Positions 8,805 to 16,473 are shown, counted from the first letter of the stretch. The stretch: DNA of 18,627 nt from an uncultured Fibrobacterales bacterium (GCA_963934255.1 CAWVXU010000055.1:1-18627); one strand, 5' to 3'. A program made the numbers and translations. Notes: generated by a model from the sequence alone, not told the origin.

Positions 8805-9887
8805 ATGAGTAAAGTCTATAATTTTAGCGCAGGCCCTGCAGTTCTTAACGAGCAGGTTCTAAAAAACGCAGCAGCAGCAGCCATCGAATTTGCTGGTTCT
8901 GGTATGTCTCTAATGGAAATGTCTCACCGTTCAAAGCCAGTTGTGGCCATGTTCGACGAAGCAGAAGCCAACGTACGTGAGCTTCTAGAGGTCCCTGCTG
9001 AGTTCAAGATCCTTTTTTTACAAGGTGGAGCTTCATTACAGTTTCACACTGCTCCTTTAAACCTTCTTAAAGATGGTGATAAAGTAGATTATGCTGACAC
9101 AGGCTCTTGGTCTGCTAAAGCAATTAAAGAGGCTAAAGCCCTTGCTAATGTAAACGTATGTTGTTCTTCAAAAGAATCAACTTACAATCACATTCCAGAA
9201 ACTTCTAACCAATCTGAAGATGCAGTTTACCTACACTTCACTTCGAATAACACAATCTATGGAACGCAGTTTAAAGATTGGCCAACACCTGTAAACAAAG
9301 ATGCATACCTTGTATCCGACATGTCTTCTGATATTTTTTCTCGCCCTATCGACTGGTCTAAATTTGGCCTAGTATATGCTGGCGCTCAAAAAAACATCGG
9401 ACCTTCAGGTCTGACAGTTGTGATTGTAAGAGAATCACTTCTTGGTCAAACAGGACGTGCAATCCCCACTATCCTTAACTACGATACTCACATCCAAGCT
9501 GAGTCAATGTTCCACACTCCACCAGTATTTGGTGTTCACGTGGCTAACGAAACTTTCAAATGGTTGAAATCAATTGGTGGTGTTAAAGCTATTCAAGTAG
9601 TTAATGAGCGCAAAGCCAGCAATCTCTATGCTGAGATTGATCGCAACTCACTCTTCTCTTGCCCTACAGTCAATAAAGACCGTTCTTCTATGAACGTTGT
9701 TTTCGTGCTATCAGACGCAGAGCTAGATGCAGAGTTCTTAGCATTTGCTAAAGAGCGCAATCTTGAAACACTCAAAGGTCATCGTTCTATAGGTGGTTTC
9801 CGTGCTTCGATTTATAATGCAATGCCAGAAGCGGGTGTTGATGCACTTATCGCTGCTATGCAAGAGTTTGAAAAAGCCAAAGCTTAA
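8805..9887 (+). CDS. serC: Phosphoserine aminotransferase
   Basis: YNFSAGPA, EMSHRS, FLQGGASLQF, DMSSD, YAGAQKNIGPSG (PLP Lys), GHRSIGGFRASIYNA; likely start ATG 8805. Confidence 0.97.
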   Translation: MSKVYNFSAGPAVLNEQVLKNAAAAAIEFAGSGMSLMEMSHRSKPVVAMFDEAEANVRELLEVPAEFKILFLQGGASLQFHTAPLNLLKDGDKVDYADTGSWSAKAIKEAKALANVNVCCSSKESTYNHIPETSNQSEDAVYLHFTSNNTIYGTQFKDWPTPVNKDAYLVSDMSSDIFSRPIDWSKFGLVYAGAQKNIGPSGLTVVIVRESLLGQTGRAIPTILNYDTHIQAESMFHTPPVFGVHVANETFKWLKSIGGVKAIQVVNERKASNLYAEIDRNSLFSCPTVNKDRSSMNVVFVLSDAELDAEFLAFAKERNLETLKGHRSIGGFRASIYNAMPEAGVDALIAAMQEFEKAKA

Positions 9888-9932
9888 ATTCTAGCTTTAT
9901 CCTGATATTATACTCAAGACTTTTGCAAACTT

Positions 9933-9968
9933 AAAAGCCGAATCTGTTCATTCAGGTTCGGCTTTTTT
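9933..9968 (+). terminator. Intrinsic terminator of hisS-queF-serC
   Basis: AAAAGCCGAATCTG-TTCATT-CAGGTTCGGCTTTTTT stem-loop with U-tract. Confidence 0.85.
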
Positions 9969-10032
9969 GTAAGAAAAATGACTTTAAAGTGACTACTAAA
10001 ATCATTGGTGCCAAAGAATGGAGAGACTTATC

Positions 10033-10821
10033 ATGAAAACAAATCTCAAGCTTCTCGTTTATAGTATTCTCATCCCAACATCTATTTGGGCTGGGGGAGC
10101 AAATGGGAAAAAATTTGGTTCGATATATAGTCAACTGACATATTCTCCCATTTCTACAGATCAATATTTTGATCAAAATTCTGAGCTTCAGCAAGGATTA
10201 CAATTCACAAGGCATCACATAGAAAATTACGGTGAAATTGGAGTTTATAGAAGTACTACAACACTGTTATGGAATCTGAGTTTTGCTAAGCAAAAGCTTG
10301 GCCAAAACAGCAGCGCTCAGGGCATTGGCCCTTCCATGATTGGACTGCAGCACCAATATTACCATTCAACTCACCTAAAATTAGGAGCCGGACTAAGCTC
10401 CATTCTTCCAAGCCCTCAAAATACAAGCCAAACACCTTTGTCTGACAATGATATACAATATAATGCGGCTCATTTTTTAACATGGTCAACTTATCAAGCC
10501 AATGTATCCTACCTCAGTGACTTAGAGTCTCACTCTATCCAATTTGATATTAAAAAAACTTGGAATCCTATTTCAGCTCTTTATCTCAGCGCTGCTATGA
10601 GAGGTCAACACATATTATCTGCAACGACTGAGGGATCGAAAAACAAAGAGGCAACCCTGATAGGGCATACTCTGCAAACCGAATATTACGCCCCTGGAAT
10701 TGAAGCGTTTTATAGTTTGAATTCAAATTGGCACACGGTGGCTTCGTTTTATGGTGGGTTTGGAATGAAAGATATTTTTGGTGCTCCAGGCGTTAAAATT
10801 GGGGTGGCTTGGACGATGTAA
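10033..10821 (+). CDS. Exported hypothetical protein, probable outer-membrane beta-barrel
   Basis: Signal peptide MKTNLKLLVYSILIPTSIWA; alternating aromatic/Gly strands (NYGEIGV, EYYAPGIEAFY, GVKIGVAW); GGAGAG SD before ATG 10033. Confidence 0.6.
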   Translation: MKTNLKLLVYSILIPTSIWAGGANGKKFGSIYSQLTYSPISTDQYFDQNSELQQGLQFTRHHIENYGEIGVYRSTTTLLWNLSFAKQKLGQNSSAQGIGPSMIGLQHQYYHSTHLKLGAGLSSILPSPQNTSQTPLSDNDIQYNAAHFLTWSTYQANVSYLSDLESHSIQFDIKKTWNPISALYLSAAMRGQHILSATTEGSKNKEATLIGHTLQTEYYAPGIEAFYSLNSNWHTVASFYGGFGMKDIFGAPGVKIGVAWTM

Positions 10822-10999
10822 ACTTCTTCAAAGAAGCTTTATTTTGAGGTTTTTTATTTTACAACAACCTCAAACACAAAAAACACAAGTACAATCATGT
10901 GTTTTTTTTAATTAACTTCATTTTCGTAAACTCCTGTCAATAAATGAGTCTAGTTTAATAATAGGTTAAGTTTGTGTTAAGGAAAAAGGGTCTCAGATC

Positions 11000-11134
11000 A
11001 TGGATAAATTACTGCTAAGCTCACTCGTATTGTCACTCTCAACCTGTGACGAATTTGATGATGAAATTATTGAATATGCTGACACATTTATTGAAGCACT
11101 CGACTCTGAATTAGATGTAGCCTTTCAATCATAA
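11000..11134 (+). CDS. Small 44-aa acidic protein with lipoprotein-like leader (not in ORF track)
   Basis: ATG 11000 to TAA 11134, MDKLLLSSLVLSLSTCDEFDDEIIEYADTFIEALDSELDVAFQS; purine-rich AAGGAAAAAGGG upstream. Confidence 0.5.
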   Translation: MDKLLLSSLVLSLSTCDEFDDEIIEYADTFIEALDSELDVAFQS

Positions 11135-11209
11135 TCCTCGCATATTTTTAAAATAAAAAACTGTATTAATCAATTCTTATAATTTACCCAATGAGTCAAT
11201 AATCAAATT

Positions 11210-11620
11210 CTAAAAACCTGAAAACAATTTATCTATCTCAGGCTTCGCCTCACCAGAAGAATCATAATTAGATATCAAGAAACTTCACATTTTTTTCCCT
11301 TGCAAGAGAAACCGACACCTGAGTCTATGCTATATATTGCTAGCTCTTCTCTGATTTCTGGGGAATCATCTAGTAAAAAGCATGACCTTTTCATACCAAG
11401 ACCTGTCAGTTGTGACTGAGCTCTCAATAGGTGAATATCCTTTTATTTCAAGCCTTTTAGTTGATTCCATAGTTTTACTGCTGAAACATTGATTTCTTTT
11501 TTAATGAGTAATTTTGCCCTCAAACAACTTTTAGGGAAGCTATGATTGAGCCTTGTTTCTTCCAACAAATCTTTTATTGAGTAACCACCAAAACCAAGAT
11601 TTCAAAACAATAATCTGCAT
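11210..11620 (-). pseudogene. Possible decayed gene of unknown family
   Basis: GAGG-ATG at 11620; an adjacent frame (11601-11275) is open for 52 + 55 codons with one TAA at 11445 despite AT-richness. No family recognised. Confidence 0.3.
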
Positions 11621-11764
11621 TACCTCAACAACCTAGGGTCATGACCAAGACCATTTTATTTTACAAATAATATGGTCTTGGGAAAAAACCATTCTGATAA
11701 ACAAATCTGGCCAAGTTTTTCATTCTGAAATTTGTTATCATTGTGCCACGAACACGAGGAAATC

Positions 11765-12655
11765 ATGACTGTCATCTTACCAGAAAATCATCATCTCAAA
11801 GAAAGCCTTGAGTCACAGCGTATCGCTTGTATGACAAGGACCGTGGCTGAGAAACAAGACATTCGCCCTTTGCGAATCGGTATTTTGAACATCATGCCTA
11901 ATCTTGAAGCCTATGAGTTTAACTTGCTTTCACCTTTGGGGCACTCGCTTTTACAGGTAGAGCCTATCTGGATTAAGCTCAAATCTCACTCCTACTCAAG
12001 CTCCAACCAAGAACATCTCGACAAACTTTATGTCACCTATGAAGAGGCCGCCAAACAAGGTTTAGATGGACTTATCGTCACAGGCGCCCCCGTGGGTAAA
12101 CTTCCTTTTGAGGACATTAGATATTGGGATGAGATCTCAGCTATCTTTGAGGATGCTCGTACCAATATTATTAGCACATTAGGTATTTGTTGGGGTGGGA
12201 TCGCCCTTGCACAGGCTCTTGGGTTGACTAGAACTTTCTATAGCCCCAAACTCTTTGGCGTCTTTAAAGGCCACAATCTCAATCGCCAACACCCTATCAC
12301 AGGTGATATGGATGATTATTTTGATTGCCCCCAGTCGAGGTATTCTCGCTTTGAAGACCCAATCATGGAGGCCAAAGCCAAAGAAGGTGTCATCAACTTA
12401 CTTGCTCACGAGCCTCAAGCCGGTTACTTTTTGTTTGAGTCTTTTGATTCACGTTTTCTCATGCACTTAGGTCATCCCGAGTATAATTCAGGGCGACTCA
12501 TTGACGAGGCTGCTCGTGATGCCCAAACAGAAAATGCGGATGTACTTCCTCCCATCAACTTCGATATTGACCAGCCTGTCAATACTTGGCGTTGTCATAG
12601 AAACGAATTTTTCCAATCATGGATTAAATATCTCTATCTCCAGAACGCTTACTAA
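11765..12655 (+). CDS. metA: Homoserine O-acyltransferase, MetA (HTS) family
   Basis: QDIRPLRIGILNIMP, DGLIVTGAP, nucleophile ICWGG, PQSRY, GHPEY, NTWRCH; GAGGA SD before ATG 11765. Confidence 0.95.
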   Translation: MTVILPENHHLKESLESQRIACMTRTVAEKQDIRPLRIGILNIMPNLEAYEFNLLSPLGHSLLQVEPIWIKLKSHSYSSSNQEHLDKLYVTYEEAAKQGLDGLIVTGAPVGKLPFEDIRYWDEISAIFEDARTNIISTLGICWGGIALAQALGLTRTFYSPKLFGVFKGHNLNRQHPITGDMDDYFDCPQSRYSRFEDPIMEAKAKEGVINLLAHEPQAGYFLFESFDSRFLMHLGHPEYNSGRLIDEAARDAQTENADVLPPINFDIDQPVNTWRCHRNEFFQSWIKYLYLQNAY

Positions 12656-12684
12656 ACCTCTATCACTAACCAAAGACTGTCTCA

Positions 12685-13245
12685 ATGAAAATCTTACTCA
12701 TCAGCTCAAGTTTGAACGATAAATCAAAATCTCGCCTTTTAGCCGAAGAAGCAAAACGCTTATTGGGACTCAAAGACAATGTCGATCTCGACTATTTAGA
12801 CCTGCGAGATTTTGAACTACCGATGTGTGATGGTGGAAAAGCATACGGTCACCCTAATGTCATTGAACTGAGTGCTCGCGTAAAAGCTGCAGATGGTTTT
12901 GTCGTGGCGACCCCTATCTATAATTATTCAGGCAGTGGTGCCTTCAAGAACTTCATGGACCTCACCGGCAATGACTGGAAAGACAAATTCGTTGGTTTTC
13001 TGGCCGCGGCTGGTGGTGCAATGTCCTACATGGGAGTCATGGACATCGCCAATAGTTTGATGCTCAATTCTCGTGTCGTGGTCTGGCCTCGCTATGTCTA
13101 CGCTGATGGCTCGGCATTTGAAGATGGTGAGATTAAAAACTCTCAAGTGATTGATCGTATAAATCTTTTAATTGAAGAGTTTGTCATCTTTGGTCATAGA
13201 ATGACCCTGCCTATTGATGTTGATTCCCTTGGTCAAGTTAAATAG
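12685..13245 (+). CDS. NADPH-dependent FMN reductase (SsuE-like flavodoxin fold)
   Basis: ISSSLNDKSKS phosphate loop, DLRDFELP, ADGFVVATPIYNYSGSGAFKNFMD, WKDKFVG. Confidence 0.9.
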   Translation: MKILLISSSLNDKSKSRLLAEEAKRLLGLKDNVDLDYLDLRDFELPMCDGGKAYGHPNVIELSARVKAADGFVVATPIYNYSGSGAFKNFMDLTGNDWKDKFVGFLAAAGGAMSYMGVMDIANSLMLNSRVVVWPRYVYADGSAFEDGEIKNSQVIDRINLLIEEFVIFGHRMTLPIDVDSLGQVK

Positions 13246-13267
13246 ACCCATTTACCTTTTAAGATTT

Positions 13268-13300
13268 GCAGAAACCTCGCTCAGGTTTCTGCTTTTTTTT
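13268..13300 (+). terminator. Intrinsic terminator of metA-FMN reductase unit
   Basis: GCAGAAACCT-CGCTC-AGGTTTCTGC-TTTTTTTT, perfect 10-bp stem plus 8 T. Confidence 0.92.
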
Positions 13301-13383
13301 GTCAATTTTAAGCCTTTTACTGGCTTTTGAGCGCATTTTGGCAAAATCTCGTTAAAAATCAACCATTCAATCCAAGCCTTGTT

Positions 13384-13400
13384 TTGGGATTTAGTCTCAA
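13384..13400. promoter_or_regulatory. Putative iron-regulator (Fur-like) operator upstream of feoA
   Basis: TTGGGATT-T-AGTCTCAA, imperfect 8-1-8 palindrome (6/8) 35 bp before the feoA ATG; near copy at 16625-16643. Confidence 0.45.
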
Positions 13401-13435
13401 TTTATGTCTTTATGTAAAGTCAAGGTGGTTACACA

Positions 13436-13687
13436 ATGAAGAATTTGAAAATTGGACATAGCGCAGAAGTTGTCGGATATAAAGACAAAGACCTAAGTAC
13501 TCTTGCATACCGTAAGAAATTGCTTTCAATGGGGCTCACTCCTGGCGTCAAATTCAAATTAAACAAAGTCGCACCACTAGGTGACCCGATGGAGCTAGTA
13601 CTTCGTGGGTTTAATCTTTCTATAAGAAGAGCTGAAGCTGAAATCTTAATCATAAAGCGGATACATGAACATTGCGATTGTAGGTAA
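13436..13687 (+). CDS. feoA: Ferrous iron transport protein A
   Basis: YRKKLLSMGLTPG, VAPLGDPMELVLRGFNLSIRRAEA; AAGGTGG SD; directly precedes feoB. Confidence 0.95.
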   Translation: MKNLKIGHSAEVVGYKDKDLSTLAYRKKLLSMGLTPGVKFKLNKVAPLGDPMELVLRGFNLSIRRAEAEILIIKRIHEHCDCR

Positions 13688-14984
13688 CCCTAATTGTGGT
13701 AAGACCACGCTCTTTAATGAGCTCACCGGCGCCAATCAAAAGGTCGGAAACTGGCCAGGCGTCACTGTTGATAAAATCACAGGAAGTTTTACTTTTGAAA
13801 ATCAACAAGTAGAGCTTGTGGATCTGCCAGGAATCTATTCACTGAGCGCATTCTCCGAAGATGAGAAAATTGCAGTACAGTATTTACTTCAAGGTGAGTA
13901 TGACCTCATCATCAATGTCGTTGATGCATCTAGCCTCGAGCGTAGCTTATTTTTGACGATGCAACTCAGAGAGTTAGGTCAACCTATTCTTGTTGTTGCA
14001 AACATGAAGGATCTTGCGGTCAAACGCAAAATTGAGATTGACGACCAAGTACTTGGGAAGTCTCTCAATATGCAGCTAGAATATGTGTCAGCATTTTCAG
14101 CTAAAGATATTTCAAGACTCAAAAAAAATATCCTCGACTTTAAAGCAACCGTCCCCAATTCAGGTGAACCTAGAGACCAACTCGGATTTGTCGAATCAGA
14201 AGCAGAGCTCCTATCAGAAGTCATCCCTGAAGATAAATTTAACGATAAAACCACTCGCGTATCTAAAGCTTGGGTAACACAAAAAACATTAGAAGTTGAA
14301 CCATTCATTGACGAACTTTTTGAATCGAATCAATGGGTTGATCAAACTCTTATCGAAGAAGCCCAAGCAAGATTGAAAAACACCCTAGGTGTGCCAGTCG
14401 ATGTCTATCAAGCTCAAGAGATGTATAAAAATATTGAGCGAATACTTAAACATAGCCTTAAAAAACCTGATGAAGAAGTAGAAGAATTTGACGATTTTTC
14501 TGTCATCAGTAATTTAAAAGATGCTTGTGTTGCTTTGGGTTCCAATATCATGGCGCTTTCAGAAACACTAGCTGACCCACTCGGTCTTCAAATTGGTGAT
14601 AGTTCCAACGCTGAAGAACAAGCTGAATCTACTGGAGTTGAGCTCGGAGTATTTCAATCCATGCGTCAACATTTTGGTGAAGATGAAGCCGGTGAGGATG
14701 CAGCCTTTGCTTATCTACTTTTTGTATTACTTTACATCCCTTGTATAGTCGCAGTATCTGCGGCTTGGAAAGAAATTGGAGCCATCTTATCTCTCATTCA
14801 AGTGTACTACTCGACAATGCTTGCTTGGGTTTTGAGTACTATCTATTTCCAAGCTACTAGTGGGGGATCAAACTTTTGGATATTGATATCCATTGCAATT
14901 TTAGTCACAAGTGTTTGGGCAATATTGTTTTATGCAAAACGAAGTGAAGTATTTACTCAGGGCAAACTTCACCCAAGTAGATAG
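13665..14984 (+). CDS. feoB: FeoB with large in-frame internal deletion (GTPase, helical domain and last membrane segment only)
   Basis: G1 GNPNCGKT, G2 NWPGVT, G3 DLPG, G4 NMKD; after about aa 268 the sequence jumps to the C-terminal loop (LADPLGL) and AFAYLLFVLLYIPC..WKEIG. Only 439 aa. Confidence 0.88.
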   Translation: MNIAIVGNPNCGKTTLFNELTGANQKVGNWPGVTVDKITGSFTFENQQVELVDLPGIYSLSAFSEDEKIAVQYLLQGEYDLIINVVDASSLERSLFLTMQLRELGQPILVVANMKDLAVKRKIEIDDQVLGKSLNMQLEYVSAFSAKDISRLKKNILDFKATVPNSGEPRDQLGFVESEAELLSEVIPEDKFNDKTTRVSKAWVTQKTLEVEPFIDELFESNQWVDQTLIEEAQARLKNTLGVPVDVYQAQEMYKNIERILKHSLKKPDEEVEEFDDFSVISNLKDACVALGSNIMALSETLADPLGLQIGDSSNAEEQAESTGVELGVFQSMRQHFGEDEAGEDAAFAYLLFVLLYIPCIVAVSAAWKEIGAILSLIQVYYSTMLAWVLSTIYFQATSGGSNFWILISIAILVTSVWAILFYAKRSEVFTQGKLHPSR

Positions 14985-14991
14985 TTTTTAG

Positions 14992-16473
14992 TTAATAATG
15001 TGGGTCTAGAGTTTGGTTTTTCTCAATACTCAATTGATTTAACATTTCAAATGTGAACTTTTCTTTGACCCAATCACCTGGATTAACGACCACAGCACCC
15101 AGCGCTGGATCCCTTGAGTAACTTACTTTATGAGTAAATCTCATTCTGGGGTAATTCTTTTCCATTTCTTTGATCTTAGCTAAAGCTCCCGGATAAAGAT
15201 TCTCATCAACCGGTGCTTGCTTCATGTGAAGCATATTTTCTACACTCAACCTATGATGTGATACGATGACTTCAATTGAGTGAACATTGTTCAAAATACG
15301 AAATTGAATATTTTTCTTTTCACCCCCCATGAGTCTTGTATCACCTAATTTTTGGGCAGGTGACCACTGCCAAACCTGACCTATTCTCACAATAGAATCA
15401 CCGATGATTTGGTCTGATGATTTTTGAATTACTTCAATCCTATAGTATCTCTCAGGGTCAGCAGACGGCAGTGCGTGCCCGGCGATATTGGTGAGGCCTA
15501 GTTTGAGCTGGTCCCCCTCAATGATGCTTTTTAATTTTAGACCACTCTTATATCCACGAGATTTTAAAGAATCAAATCCTTGAGTCATTTTGGGAATACC
15601 CCCCCCCACCCAATGGTGTAAATGCCTGAGGCGATTAGGACCGCCATTGACAATAGGCCCAGTCCTGGTCGGCATATGACAACTGACACAATCTTGTTTT
15701 CTGACACTTGGGTCTGGGTTTGACTTCAGTTCATCTTGAGTTTTAAACCAACATATCAGATTAGGAGTGATGGATTGCCCTTGAGGGTCATGGCAGCGAA
15801 GGCAGGTATTTCTAAGAGCTTGAGGGTCATGTTTGACCGGATGGGGAGCTGAAGTATTACCAATGCCTCCAAGCACAACCGTCTCGCCCTGTTGATTTTG
15901 TCGTAAATGGCAAGCTGCACAATTAATTGCCTCTTGTTGAAGTGCTTGGTTAAAATTTGGATTAGGCTGTATAACAGGCTTAAGAACATTCCCTTTATCT
16001 AGACCAGTGATTTTATATTCTCTTTGATCTTGATTCGGGATGTGACAATTTAAGCAAAGCCATTTAGGAGAGCCTGTCTTAGTAAGCTCGGCTAGAAATT
16101 GTAAATCATGAAGGGCCCAAGCATGAGTCGTTTGTTTCCATTCTCCATATATCTTAGTATGACATAATCGACAGTTTTGAGCGGCAACTCCACCTCCTGC
16201 TTTGAGAGGTTTGAGTGATGGCTGCATAAAGGCATAGGCTTGTGTATCTTTTGAAAAAAAGTTTTCTAGAGGAACGAGGGAGTCTGAGTGAGTGAGTTCC
16301 TCATACTCTTTATTTGATTTTTTGGGATGGACAGAAGTATTTGATGTATGGTTGGAAGCATCACTATTGGACCTAGGTTGACTATTGGCTTGAGACTTTG
16401 AGGAAGTAGAATCTTGACATCCCATCAATAGAGTCATTGCAAAAAATAGAATTAAGAACTGAGACAACGCCAT
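14992..16473 (-). CDS. Multiheme c-type cytochrome lipoprotein (5 CxxCH; cytochrome c554-like N-terminal domain)
   Basis: Lipobox LLMGC, Ser-rich linker, CRLCH, CLNCH, CAACH, CLRCH, CVSCH, EW..TTHA and NIAGHALPS motifs; ATG 16473 with GGAG upstream. Confidence 0.88.
   Translation of the reverse strand: MALSQFLILFFAMTLLMGCQDSTSSKSQANSQPRSNSDASNHTSNTSVHPKKSNKEYEELTHSDSLVPLENFFSKDTQAYAFMQPSLKPLKAGGGVAAQNCRLCHTKIYGEWKQTTHAWALHDLQFLAELTKTGSPKWLCLNCHIPNQDQREYKITGLDKGNVLKPVIQPNPNFNQALQQEAINCAACHLRQNQQGETVVLGGIGNTSAPHPVKHDPQALRNTCLRCHDPQGQSITPNLICWFKTQDELKSNPDPSVRKQDCVSCHMPTRTGPIVNGGPNRLRHLHHWVGGGIPKMTQGFDSLKSRGYKSGLKLKSIIEGDQLKLGLTNIAGHALPSADPERYYRIEVIQKSSDQIIGDSIVRIGQVWQWSPAQKLGDTRLMGGEKKNIQFRILNNVHSIEVIVSHHRLSVENMLHMKQAPVDENLYPGALAKIKEMEKNYPRMRFTHKVSYSRDPALGAVVVNPGDWVKEKFTFEMLNQLSIEKNQTLDPHY

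Noticed and set aside
9952..10489. Minus-strand ORFs 9952-10194 and 10286-10489, and similar short ORFs inside GH3, surE, hisS, metA, feoAB, the cytochrome and metY
   Set aside because: They overlap better-supported genes and show no motifs or SD support.
10822..11764. CRISPR array or known riboswitch in the long intergenic region
   Set aside because: No regularly spaced direct repeats and no SAM-I, T-box or cobalamin consensus recognisable by eye.
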